Source: Chiloscyllium plagiosum
Taxonomy: Eukaryota
DNA: 59,206 nt
Direction: 5' to 3'
Assembly: GCF_004010195.1 (NCBI RefSeq)
Contig: NC_057719.1
Span: 49,054,723 to 49,113,928, forward strand
Shown here: positions 24,139 to 37,669 of the stretch, in pieces
Position numbering within the stretch: the first letter of the stretch is position 1
How the letters are laid out: each line of letters starts with the position of its first letter
Translations under genes and position numbers: made by a program
The notes under the pieces: generated by a model
Told to the model about the DNA's origin: nothing
Database searches by the model: none
Seen by the model: only the letters and a program-made list of their open reading frames with translations

Positions 24139-27100
24139 AATTGCAAGAATACCAAACCTCAAAGGAAACAACCCTTTTAATTATGAGAAAAGTGCATTGA
24201 TTGGTTGGAAAATGTATGAGGGAACAACTAACTGCCAAGAATTTCTTAAAAAATTAAACTTGGCATGCCAAGTCCTATTGTTTAAGACATCGTAGGGGAA
24301 AACCCCAGCAGATGGCTGCCCCTCAAGATTTTATTTGGTTGAAAAAGGCTCAATGCATGGACTTATTTACAAAAGACAGATGTCTGTGTGTGATTATATG
24401 TAGCTTCTAGAATGCTTAAGCGAGCCCCAGTTAGTATGACTGATCATCTATATTTCAGTAATTTAACATTTAAAATGTCATGTGAGCCTTGGTGAGAAAA
24501 CTAGAATGAAGAAAAATAAAGTTCTGCAACATTAAAAAAAAATTAAAGTTTGTGAGTGCAAAGAAGGGAGAGAAATAATTATGCTGTGGGTTCTGAACTG
24601 ACACTGAAGTTCCTTGTTAAGTTCCAATGATGTACCATTCACTAACACTGAGTATGCTGAACTGTGTCACAAGAGGCCACAGTGAAAAAAACGTTCCCTT
24701 TTTCTGCCTTATGACTCTCATTCTAGCAAAGTGACATTTCTGATTATGCAACATTTTTCTAATCCTAGCCAAAAAAATAAAAGCCCTCTGTCTCTGCTTA
24801 ATGAAGTTTTTTTTTGTACAATCTGGAGAACTGAAATCACGCTAATCTTTCTTGCTCCAGTGTGCGGTTGTTGAAATTCTCAGCTCTGATAAATTAAGCT
24901 ACTTATTAATCTAATTACCGTATATTCATCCCAGAAACTTTCATGTGACTTGAAAAGGCTATTCCACCTTTTTCCCTCTCCAACAGAAAGGGCTAAACCT
25001 TGCACCAATTAAGATAATTTTGATGTAATGTTTTAACTACCAGCTCTCTTTAATCACCCAATGGAACAAGGATTGATGGTCAACCAACTGAAAGCAGAAA
25101 TGTCGTGCCTTTTCTTTGATTGTTAAAATCAGTCGATTATTATGGAACTGAACTGGCTGTAAATTTTAAACTGGTAAAAATAACTTCAAAATTAAGAGAA
25201 TTGTAAAGTATATAACTATAATATTATACTTCTTTAAAAATTCCTTAATAAAAATTAATCATACAGAAGTTATGTAATCAAAAGAATGCTTGAATAGAAA
25301 GTGAGAATGTTGGTAATGAAAGAAACACTTCAAAGGAGTTTCCTGAAATATCTCTGTGAATACCTCTCTACATCATTTAACTCTCATCTGGAAAGGTTCT
25401 GAAATTGAGTGATTAATTGAAGGCTGCTGACATCTGTGGAACTATATTCCTGTATGATTCAACAACTTTACAACAGGTGAAAGAATAAGAACAGAGAAAA
25501 GTTCTTCAAAAGGGTACTTCCTAAGCATTGTGAATGAGCATTTACATTTGAATAAAAGCATGTAAAAATTAGCTAGTTTTGCTAAATCTTTATCCCCCAC
25601 GTAGGGTTCATATGCAATCTTTCTGTCTAAAAGTTCAGAAGTCAAACAATGCCTGCTTCCATATTCTTCCAGACCTAACATTGAATGAACCCAGCCATAA
25701 CTCTGTACGTGTATGGGTTTTGAGTGAGTTAAGATTAGGCTACCAACAAGTCACCAACCATGAGTTGATACACATCGGAATGGTTGACTCTGTACTACAG
25801 CTGTTCCATCCTCCATGAAAGGGAATTATTCAGCTCCGATGCTTGCTTGCACCACTCCAGATTCTTCTGGGAACTAGTGAGCAAACTTGATGAAATTGAA
25901 GTCAGCTGATGTGGAAGACAGCCCTTTAATACATCAGCTTCTTCTGTGTGGAATGTGTGGCAAAAATTGTAAATACGTTTAAGATTTTGACAGTGCACAG
26001 ACCAAATCTTTTTCACATCATAGCTAACATTCCTAGGTTAGTACTGAGCTTAACTCAAGGAAGTCTGCATGTGCATTGGATTCTTACACCATTGTGGAAA
26101 ACTATTCTGTGATTTTGAAGAAAGCATAGTCATTGATTACAATATAAATCAATCGTAATAGTGTACAAGCAGAATTGCTTCACTGAATGAATCCAAAGAC
26201 CAAGAAACTCTGAAATATTACAATTATTTGCATGTTTCATACCAGAAAATATTTTCAGAGGATATGCTATACATTTAAACTGGTTGATTTTATAAGCAAT
26301 CGGATTGTGAGAATATGCTGCATTAATCTTCACAAAAGTTGGTTAATAATACATTATATGTATTGTGACCTTGTTACACAACAGTTTATATTTGTGAAAA
26401 ATATATATGCAGTCAAGCGGAAATATCACCCATTTTTGTGTTCCCTTCCAAATCACACACTATCCTGGCTTGAAAGTATATTGTCAATCCTTTATTGTTG
26501 CTGAGCCAGTGAACAGTGAACAATTTCAGTGAACATTATCTTAAATTGATTTTGAACAGTATTTCAGAAATTTTGATATTAACAAAACAAACTAAATATT
26601 ACTGGGAGCTGGCTTGCCCAAATTGCTCGTCATCTAATGTCATTTCACCACACTGTGGAATAACTTCAAAGCTGGTGACAGCCATGCATCATCTTGACCA
26701 AATTGTTGTTATTAATGTAAGAGTATTGTCAGATGTATTTCAACCTTCTAAAATGGAAATTAGCAGAATATGAACTGCCTCCAAAATGGTCCCAGGGACT
26801 TACTACCTCATAACAGTCACTGATCGTTGGCGCTTTCTAAGGGGTGGCTAAAGCAGCTTCTATTTAAAGACAGTAGACCCCTTTCAGTATGTAAATTACA
26901 GTTTTCTGAGTTCATAGAATTAATTTAGGAGTGTTTGGCTCTGTGCTGCGTTCCCTCCAACAAGTTCCACACGTGAGGGAGTAAGTTTAGTGCAAAGACA
27001 GTGCCCCCAAAAATCATGAGCCATCATACCCTGGCCTTAACTTTTCTTACTGCCTGCCCAAAACCAATATTGGACTGGATTGAATCCAATGAAATGGTTT

Positions 27101-29809
27101 CATGTTTGGTATCTACAAAAGGCAGCAAGACCTTAAAGTGGCTCAGGCCTCTTTCCCCCCCTGCAATGGGAAGACTCTCAACACTTTGTCAGTTAGCTAC
27201 AATCTGTGTTGCATATGAATAACAATGTAAGTATTAGAAGGTAGAAGCCATTTGAGCCATGAAATATGCTCTGCTATTTAACTATATCATGGCTAAGCTT
27301 GCACCTCAACACCCCATAGCTTTTAATTCCCTTTGTACCCAAAATTTTATTAACCTCTATTTTGACTATTCCTAATGACTGAGAAACCAATGTTTTTCGG
27401 ATCATAAAGATTCACAACTATTTGCATAAGAAAACAAAAGGCATCCAGGTGAAATCCAATCTGTTTCCAACCAATGTCTCGGCATTTTTTAGCAAGGGTT
27501 GTAGGAATAATGGTGGATCCTTCCTGTCCTAAATTGGCAGTGTACTTGTGGTTTTCACATCTGATTGAAATTAGTCAATTCATTATTAATCCATGGTTGA
27601 AATTTGAGGCATTCCTATTTAATGGCTCAGTATTGTCAACCTAAATAATCAAGTAGTGCTGCTTAGTTTTTAAATGTTCCTGGAACTTACTTTGATGGTG
27701 AGACATGTTGCAGCCATTATGGAGGTTTTGCAGTAATATTTGATACAATGAAGTTGTAAATTACAAATCAGGGCAAATATTGCAGAGTGAACATTTATAA
27801 TTTAGTCAGAGGTGTCACTTATTGCAAGATGAAAGTTGAAACTCCCTATTAGAATCAATCTTAAATCTCTGCCTTGGCGGTTTTGTAAAAAAAGCGCGAA
27901 TACTGTAGTAATTATTAAACCTGTGTGGATTGCTATCTCGATGTCCGTCTTTTTAAATGGTAATGTGGTATCAGCAGCTGGAGACGCCGTTGATTTCCCT
28001 ATTAGTAAACAAGTGCTTTGGAGACCTGTGTGAGACACTTTAAGCCCACTACTCCCCGAAGTGCTGTCAAGCTTAACTACTAATCCATGGTATTTTAGAG
28101 CACTGGAAATTCATCTTTATAAAACCCTAACAAAAAAGAAAGAAGCCTGGAGGGCATGAGCTCCCTCTGGTGAGACAAATGACATGTTCATTTATTAATG
28201 AAACAATAACCCTGGAAGGAGGATCAAAGCATGTTCCGTCCTCACTTTACAATCCCCAATTTTCTGAGGCCAAACCATTTAATTGAGTCATGACAATGAA
28301 ATATTTAATTGTTAACATTAAACAAACTTTCAGGTAAGGAGCAGGGAACGAAAAAAGGCCTTTCATTGCAAATGAACAGCATCTTAGTGGCTATTCCACA
28401 CAAAACACGTGACCTGAGGACAAAACTGTTTTAATTATGTCAATGAATACATAATTATTGCATTTATTAGGAAAATCTCATAAGATAGTAGTTTTGATTT
28501 TGCTGTCCTATTTACTGCATCTTAATTACTTTTCAATTATTTTGCATATAAAAGCATGTTGCAAATTGGCACAAACCCCATTTTAAATATTCAGACAAAA
28601 ATTTGTTACTTTGCTTTGTGTGATCAAAATGCATGTAACTACTTGCATTGAGGCACAATCATTTCTGTTTTAAGAATTTTTTTCTCTTCACTGTGAATTG
28701 GCTCTGACCAGTTGACTTTATTGTTGAAAAACATTTTTGGTTTCAGAAATACTGATACAATGGTTGCATTTAATATCTTTGTATATATGAAAACATTGTT
28801 TTCTTCACAATGTTTGTCTACGGATTATTTGCTACCAATCTCACCATGTTATGGAAATACCTATAAAATTTTCACATTGAACCAATTGAATCAAATAACT
28901 GGACAGTTTGATAACTGGATAAGGCTTTCCAGTACTCACTATGTATGGCATATCTGTGCAGATTGGATAAACAACAGTGCTAATTCTAAAGTTACCAGGA
29001 AATCGCATTAGTCACTCTGTCAAGTACAAGCATAAAACAAACCATTTTATAATCAAAATTAACTTCCACTCAACTAATTCAAATACAGAGCAATGCAATG
29101 TGTACCTGACTCTTCTATGGGGAATGCTGTGATATAAAATTTGATCTTTTATCACAATGTTTACCTACCTTGTAACACAGTGAAATCTAGTTTGTCTAGA
29201 CCTTTAGTTCACCATAGATATATTTGATTGGAGAGTGCATAGCATTTCAAATCCTGGTGGTTTACCAATTACAATACTGTGAGTCAGAAATATGATTCAG
29301 TTTAGTCCTGGTGCTGTTTGTCTGCATTAATCTGGATAGGCATCTTTGTAGAATTCTGTAAATGCATTCTATCGATGCATGTCACACTTCTATTCTTTCA
29401 TCCCAAACAGTTAATTTAGCATCCAGTCATGCTGGTAATCCTATGTCATGACACTCTCTATTCACCTCTGATTCAGTGCTGACAACAGCTTCTTATGAAG
29501 ATAAAAACAGGTAAAGGGTATTAGAGGAGAGGAAAAATCCAACAATGTTCTGAGGCTCTAATGCTATGTTTTGGGCCTTCATGTTTCTCTGTAATAACTT
29601 CTGTAACTTGTGAAGTCAAATCATGTATCAATTGCCAATGTTATTACTTAACATTTGTTTCAAATGGGATCCTGTCCTAGTGTTTCTAACGTGTTATGTG
29701 TGAGCAGGAATTTTAACTTCTGGTGGGCCATGTATGCTGCTGTCCCTGGATTCTTCATGAAGCCTCAGCCTCATTTATAGTGGCCAACCAGCTGCCAGTC
29801 TGAAATTGG

Positions 29810-30093
29810 CATAGAGTCATAGAGTCATAGAAATGTACAGCATGGAAACAGACACTTCGGTCCAACCCATCCATGCCGATCAGATATCTCAACCCAATCT
29901 AGTCCCACCTGCCAGCACCCGGCCCATATCTCTCCAAACCCTTCCTATTCATATACCCATCAAATGCCTCTTAAATGTTGCAATTGTGCCAGGCTCCACC
30001 ACATCCTCTGGCAGCTCATTCCATACCCGTACCACCCTCTGTGTGAAAACATTGCCCCTTAGGTCTCTTTTATATCTTTCTCCTCTCACCCTC
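29810..30093 (-). mobile_element. CR1 3' end
   Basis: (catagagt)n tail; homologous to 5335-5610 and 41205-41480. Confidence 0.92.
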
Positions 30094-30099
30094 CTAAAG

Positions 30100-30270
30100 T
30101 GTTTTATAGGCAATGAAGTAATTTTGAGGTATAGTTACAAACTTAATTCAGAAACATGGCAACCAATCCCCACACAGAAACCACCCACAAATAAAATGTA
30201 TAATGGCTAAATAATCTGTTTTCAGTGATGTTGATTGAAAGTTAAAATGTAAATATTGGCCATATGAGCA
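30100..30270 (-). mobile_element. Deu-domain SINE (SacSINE1/AmnSINE1-like), 3' part
   Basis: gcaaccaat..cacacag..cccacaaa..ataatggctaaataatctgttttcagtgatgttgattga resembles the Deu domain as I recall it. Confidence 0.6.
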
Positions 30271-30949
30271 TATGGAGATGACTTAAATAAAATCAAACTA
30301 CAGTGGAAGCTGGATATCTGAAATAAAAAGAGAAACTCAACAGGTGTAGCAGCAACTGTGGGGAGAAGGAGAATTTCTGAGCTGAATCTTTTTTTTTTGG
30401 CTAAATGTCAATTTTGTTGTTTCTTTCCATGAATGCCAGCAAATTTCCATGTGCTATATTAATAACATTGCCTCATTAGCCACTTACCATGGCCATATGA
30501 TGCCCATCTTGTCCAATGCTAGCCATAGTCTATTAATCGTCGTAGTGGTAAGAACCCGTCACTGCCTGGATGTCCCAGAATGGACCATCCCTGTCACTGT
30601 GGCCATCTCTAAAAGGCTGTTGTGTACCTTGACAAGTACTGGCTATCTGGAGCTGCCCTGGACCTAGCAGGTAAAGAGAATTTGCCACTCCGTCTTTTGG
30701 GGGGAACCTGGAGACCCTGGTGGATGCACTGGGGCAGACAAGACATCTCCTCTTCCCCATGGACAGAGGAGGCCATGACACCACATTATGGCACCCTAGT
30801 ATGATGTTGCCACCTGGGTCAGTGCAGTCTCAACCACCTGGAGGACGGCCCAGTTAAAAAGAAAGTCAATGTCCTTCCCAGCTCTACTAGGATACGTGCT
30901 GCCACCTTCTCTCTGCTATATCACAGTCCCTCAATCTCTGCTACTGTAC

Positions 30950-31706
30950 CGTACATCACAGCTTGTGCTTGACCACTGTCATTGTTGTCAGCAGCATCTT
31001 CCCTCACTGACTCTCATCCACCCATTCCCCCATCCTAATTCTACATGGCCTTTGCACCGCCAACTTACTCCACAAGAACATAGGCCCACTTCCCTCCACC
31101 TGATCTGATGCTGTTGAACCCAGTATTGGTCCTGAAGGTTGTAAAATGCCCAAGCCGAAAGTGAGATGCTGTTCCTACGGGTTGTGTTGTGTTTCACTGG
31201 AGCACTGCAACAGACCTGGGACAGAAATGTTGGCATAACAGCAAGATAGTGTATCAAAATGACAACCAATGGGTAATTCAAGACCATTCTTACAGACAGA
31301 GTGCAGCTGTTGTGTAAAGTGGTCACCTAGTCTGCATTTGCTCTTGTCACTGTAGAGGAGGTGCATTACAATAGGCTAATTTGAAACAAGTACAGGTAAA
31401 CTTAATACACTTGGAATATTGGATAATGAAGAGGGGGGAAATGAATGTGCAGTGTTACACTTTCTGTGATTTCATGGGAAGGTGCCATGTAGATCCCAAC
31501 CCCTCGCTCCAGAATAATAGAGAGTTCCCCTTGCCCTCACTTTCCATCCAACAAGACTCTGCATTCAAAGGATCATGCTCTGCCATTTCCATCACCTCCA
31601 GCAGGATGTCAGAACAAATACATCTTCCTGCCTGTCCACTCTCAGCATTTCATAGGGACCATTTCCTCTGTAACATCCTGGCCCACTCCTTTGTCACTTC
31701 TAACAC
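30950..31706. mobile_element. Penelope-like element remnant with internal inversion
   Basis: Minus strand 31100-31480 gives GIY-YIG-like LLYSDKSKCRLGDHFTQQLHSV...EQHLTFGLG. Plus strand 31490-31706 gives RVPLALTFHPT..IQRI and SAFHRDHFLCNILAHS. Confidence 0.75.
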
Positions 31707-31819
31707 CTAACAGAAATAGTGTCAAGATAGGAAGAAATAAGTTCAGTGTGGCACGAACAGTGTGGAAAGATGGGACTACCAGGCAACTCAATTTGTGGAT
31801 TTTTGGAAGAGGTAAAATG

Positions 31820-31985
31820 GGAAATAGTTTGCTCTTCATTGCAACAGTGCCATGGGATCTTTTGTATCCACATGAGATAATATGAGTATTTGCTCAGTAT
31901 TGTCATCCTAGATTATTGTGTTCATACTCTGAAGAACCACTTGACACACACACTCCAAGGCAACAGCACTGCCAACTGAGTCTCA
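31820..31985 (-). mobile_element. Deu-domain SINE, 5' part
   Basis: tgctcttc..agtgccatgggatcttttgtatccac..gtcatcctagatta..cacttga..gccaactgag resembles the Deu core and tRNA head; probably the other half of 30100-30270. Confidence 0.55.
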
Positions 31986-34184
31986 GCTATATCATGTGCA
32001 CCATGGCAGCATTTTAATTGTGCAAAATAGATTTTATATCTAAAAATATGACCAGTTACTATTGAATTTACAACCATTTCTGCCTGCAAAAGAATCCTGC
32101 TACATGAATCCTCTGGATTGTAATCTCTCTCACAGATTGGTGGTATGTAAATTAATGAGGTGACAATTTCCATAACTGGAAGGAAAGACACAGATTCTTT
32201 TGAAACAGAATACCTGCACAAACTATTTCCAAGATGAGATGGAATTATTTTGAAAACTGAACCACAGAAAAGATGGATCTCCACTGAAATATTCAGAGAT
32301 GTGTTCTAGCTGCATGCCTTAACACTTCAAAGTTAGTGTCCCTAAATCAGAAACTTCTTTTGTTCTCTGCCCCACTCCTGGCCCCAGATATCCAATTTTC
32401 AAGGTCAATAATTGGTAATTAATCTTTCAGCCACATAAGCTCTTACCTTATAGAATCCCTTCCCTAAACTCTATTCCTTGTTAATTTCTCCTCATGTTTA
32501 AAAACATTACGTAATTCTATCTTTCCAACCACATGTTGGGACACCTCCCTGACTTGATTCATTCTCCACTATGTGAAGCACTGAGAAATGGTTTATTATA
32601 TTAAATATGCTATACAAATTCAAGTGGCAGATTAACATGGCTTCTAGATAAGAGAGGAAAACAGACAAATAAAAAAAACTAAAGAGAAGATTTTAAGGAA
32701 TGCATTGCCAAACATTACACAGATTTTGAAGTAACGATATAAATATTGGTTTTAATTTGTAGGTCTTTACTGACATTATTTAGGAGTCAAAACATCAATT
32801 TACTTCACACTTATAGAATGGTGTTCAACATTCTAGCTTTTCCTTCATTGAAAGTAATGGTATTGCAGAGACTTGGATGAAAATTATGTCTGGTAAGAGC
32901 CGATGCCTTGCACTAGAGGAGAATATTGTGCTATTAGGTTAAATCAACAATTTATACTAATCCTTTTTTACACGGTTCCAAGTTTAACATGCTTACCTGC
33001 ATGAAGCATTGACCATCACAGGCATTGATTTACACTGTAATCATAATGTGTTTAATTTAGAAGGCAAATCCTTAAATAGATCAATAATCCATTACAGGTT
33101 AATTTGAAAATATGTATGGGCTACAATATGACTTTTCAACAATCATGCTTAAAGAGGTATACACGTATTTGTGTGCCCCACTCAGTGAAACTTGGCAGAC
33201 TTTTAGATAAATCAAATGCCTCACGGCAGGATGTTGAATTTGGTTAAACGTCAGAATAGTAATTTAACTTTTCAGAATTAAAGTTTGTTTCATTTAAATT
33301 CAGATGAAGATCCTTGGCCTGCTCTCCTGATTGATGTGAAGTTCACATCAAAGCCATTTAGAATGACTTTAAGACCAATATGAGAATTATCCGATATAGA
33401 TAATGGTGACACCTGGTTGTAGCCTATTAATAGGGACACAGAGAAACTAGAGCACAGAATGAGGACATTCATCTCAATGTGCCAGTTGAGGAAAAGAAAT
33501 TGCCCATTTTAGTCCCATCTTCCAGCACCTAGACCATAGCCTTGCAGATTAAACCATTTAAGGTGCAGGTACCTTTCAAGTGAGTTAGGGTTTCTGCTCC
33601 TCCACCAAACCAAATTCCATCACCCTCTTAGTGAAAAAGATTTTTCTTCTAATCTTTCTCCCAATCACCTTAAATTTGAGCCCCCGGTAACTGACCTCTC
33701 TGATGGGGAAGTAAATCTTTTATGTCTACCCTATTCAAGTTCCCTATAGTTTTATGCACCTCAGCTAAGCCACCCCTCAGTCTCCCCTATTCTGAGGAAA
33801 ACAATCCCAGCCTGAAACCAATGTTTTCTGATAGCTACAATTTTCAAGATCACAAGACAATAACATGAGCAGAAGTAGGCCATCCAACCCATCGAGGCTG
33901 CTCCACCATTCAGTGCGGGATCATGGCTGATCTGACATTCCTGTCATTTCCCAAATAACCCTCAATTCCTTTACTGATCATAAGAATCTCTCTCAGCTTT
34001 GAATATACTTAATGAGCCATCCCCGACAGTCATCTGCAGTAAAGAATTCCACATATTCAATACCATTTGTGAAAAGGAATTCCTCCTCATCCCTTTTAAG
34101 TGTGTGACCCCTATTCGGAGACTAAGCCTTCTGCTCCGAGACTGTCCCACACGGGAAATAATAAATGCACTCCTAACCCGTCAA

Positions 34185-34282
34185 TATTCCTGACGAAGAG
34201 CTTAATGCTCGAAAGGTCAGCTGTCCTGCTCCTCAGATGCTGCCTGACCAGTTGTGCTTTTCCCGCACCACACTTTTTATCT
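34185..34282 (+). mobile_element. 98-bp PLE-derived insert with intact hammerhead core and 6-bp TSD
   Basis: CGTCAA at 34179-34184 and 34283-34288; CTGACGA(34190-34196)-A-GAGC-TTAAT-GCTC-GAAA(34211-34214)-GG-TC. Confidence 0.8.
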
Positions 34283-36184
34283 CGTCAAGTCCCCTATGAA
34301 TCCTGCATGTTTCAATAAGATCACCTCTCATTCTTCTAAGTTCCAAGTACAGGCCTAACTTACATAACTTTACTTCCTACAACAGTTCCTTCACAAGTAG
34401 TAGCAGCCTAGTGAGCTTTCTATGGCTTCCAATTCCAGTATAACTGTCCTTTGATAAGGGGGCCCAAAACTGTTCACAGCATTCCAACTGTGAGTCTGAC
34501 TCATGCATTGTATAGTTTTAGCAAAACCTCTACTTTTATACTCCAATCCTTTTGAAATAAAGGCCGATATTCCATTTGCCTTCCCTATTACCCACTGAAC
34601 TTGGATTCTGGCAAGTTTCTTGTAAATCTTTATACATGCTCCACAGAAATTATGTCCATCCTGTAATGTGATGATTATAACTGTGCACAAAATTCCAGCT
34701 GTGACTTATCAACTGTTTTAGACACTTTCAACATTATATCCCTGCTTTTGTATTCTATACCTTATCCAATAAAGGATTACCTACCTGTCCCATTACCTTT
34801 AGAGACCTGTGTACATGCACTCCAAAATTCTCTTCCTCTATGGCTTTCAATATCCTCCTGCTAATTGTGTATTTCCTCGATTTGTTTGCCCTCCCCAAAT
34901 GCACTTCCTCACACTTCTCCTGGTTAAGTTCCATTTGCCCTTCTCCACCTGAACCAAATATAATTGAGTAGACAGCAATCTTCCTTACTAATAACCATCC
35001 CACAATTTGTATGCTATCTACAATTTCCCAATCCTGCCTCTCACATTTATGTCCAAATCATTAATATATAGAATAATCAACAAGTGACCCAACACTGAGC
35101 CTTGAGGAACACCACTGGGAACCACTTTTTGTTTACAAAAGCATCCGTTACCTTTAGTTTTCTGTTGCTGTGCCAGTTTTGGATTCAAATTATCCATTCC
35201 ATAGGCTTTTACTTTAGTGATCAGTCTGCATGTGGGATCTTGTCAAGTGCCTTAGTAAAATCTATGTAGAGACAACATCCTTTGAACTACACCTCGAAGT
35301 GTTCCAATAAGCTAATAAAACATAACTTTGTCGAATAAAACTCTGTTGATTTTAATTGATTAATACTTGCCTTTCTAAATAATGATTTATTCTGTTTCTC
35401 AGAATTGATTCCAGTAGTTTGCTATCTGGCCTATAATTAATTGACCTAGGTCTTGCACCAACTTTAAACCAAATGTTCAAAGACTTCCAATCCTCTGATG
35501 TCTCACCTTAAACTAGTGAGGATTGGCAATGATCCCCAGGGCATCTGTTATTTTTTTCCTTGATTTCCTCTAACAAGGAAAGGTAACCAGGGATACAAAT
35601 CATCTGGTCCTGGCAATTTATCCACTTCAACTGGTCCTCATTATCAGTCTTAAACATGTGACCCTTTACTCCGAGATTATGCCCTCTGGTCAAGAAGAAA
35701 CAACCTCTCCACACCTACACTGTCAATGCTCCTAATAATTTTATATGTTTCAAAAAAGTCACCTTTCATTCTTCTAAACTCTAATGAGTACAAGTCCAAG
35801 CCACTTAATCTTTCCTCATAAGAAAATCTCTCCATTCCAAGAATCAATCGAGTGAACTTTCTCTAGACTGATTCTTTCAGCACTTCTATCCTTCAATAAG
35901 GGGACAAAAACTGTCCCCAGGATTCCAGCTGTAGTCTGAGCAGTGCTTTGTATAGTTTTAGCTGTACTCCTTACTTTTATACCCTATTTCTTTGGAAATG
36001 AAAACCATCCAACAGTCTATTTGCCTTTCTTATTATCTGCTAAACTTGTATGTTCGTTTCTTGTGATTTATACACAAATACCTCTCAGATTCTTCCATTC
36101 TACAGCTTTCTGCGGTCTTGCAGGAAATGTTCAGCTCTTCTATTGTTCCTGTCAAAATGTATGTCCTCACATTTTCTCACATTA

Positions 36185-36865
36185 CTGACAATATTCTGGC
36201 AATAGTACTGAAGACTTGTACTCCAGAATTTGGTTGACCCCAAGCCAAGCTGCTCTAGTACAGTTCCAACACTGGCATCTACCCAACAATGTGGAAAATG
36301 GCCCAGATATGTCCTGTACATGAAAAGCAGGACAAATCCAACCCAGCCTATTGCTGCCCCATCTGTATACACTTCATCCTCAATAAAGTGATGGAACATG
36401 TCATCAACAGTGCTAAAAAGAAGCACTTGCTCAGCAAAAACCTGTTCGTTGACTCCTTAGTTATCCACAAGCATCCACTCCCTCCACCATTGATGTTCAG
36501 TGGCAGTAGTGTGTACTATCTATAAGATGCACTGCAGAAATTCACCAAAGATCCTTAGAAAGCACCTTCCAGACCCATGCCCATATCCATCTAGAAGGAT
36601 GACAAGGGCAGCAGATGTATGAGAACATCATCAGCTGCAAGTTTCCCTCCAAGCCACTCACCATTCTGACTTGGAAATATATTGCCATTCCTTCACTGTC
36701 ACTGAGTCAAACATTTGGCCTAAGGACATTGTGGGTCAACCCACAATGACTGCAGCAGTTCAAGTAGGTAACTCACCACTAGCTTCTCAAGGGCAACTAG
36801 GGACAGGCAATAAAAAAGATACTGGCCAGCCAGTGATGTCCACATTCCATGAGTGAATAAAGAAA
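36185..36865 (+). mobile_element. CR1/L2-group LINE fragment, internally deleted, with 3' end
   Basis: MWKMAQICPVHEKQDKSNPAYC.PI...KVMEHVINSA; 3' end ctcaagggcaactaggga..caataaa..cacattccatgagtgaataa. Confidence 0.75.
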
Positions 36866-37669
36866 ACATCATATTTCATACACAAGCTTTTGTCCACTCA
36901 CTTAACATGTCCATATCGCTCTGCAGACTCATTGTATCATTCTTATTCTTGGCCATAATACACTGACTTTGCTCATCCAAAATATTATTATTGATTGTAA
37001 ATAATTGTGGCCACAGCTGATCTCTGTAAAACTCTACTTCTTGCAGTTTGCCAGCCTGAAATTACCCCCTTCATTACAACTCTCTGACTTCTATTAGTCA
37101 TCCATTCTAATAAGTTATCTCAACATCGTGGGCTCTTAATTACCCTAACATGTGGTACCTTTCCAAATACTTTTGTTGAACTCCAATTATATCACATCTA
37201 CTGATTTGTCTTTATCTTCTCTGTTTGTTACCTCTTCAAAATACTCTAATAAATCTTTCAGGCCTGATTTAGCCTTTATGAGCCAGGCTGACTCTACTTA
37301 ATTTTACTATGCATTTTCAAATGCTGCTTCAGAATAGACTCTAACAATTTCCCAATGTAACTAACACATTGTTATATTTTTTTGGTTTCCCACCCTTTTT
37401 GGAATAAGGGGATACATTGGTTGTTTTCCAGTCTTCTCAGGTTCCTCCTGAATCTAAGGATTCTTGGAAAATTACTACAATTCACTATCTCTGCAACTTC
37501 TTTTAAATCCTGGGATGCAACTCATCAATCCAGGTACTTATCAGCCTTTAGCCCCATTAGTTTCCAGATATATTTTCTCTAGTGATAGTTATTGCATATA
37601 TTTCATCCAACTACCCCCTCCCCCACCCCCCACCCTCCTTGGGCCCCTTGAGTATTTATTATGCTTATG

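Larger units (their letters stand above)
33490..37570 (-). mobile_element. Nested pile of old CR1 LINE fragments (several families)
   Basis: Repeated CR1 3' ends (about 33490, 33850 and 35640) and RT fragments (GKANGISAFISKGLEY; QEKCEEVHLGR..GVHVHRSLK). Confidence 0.75.
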
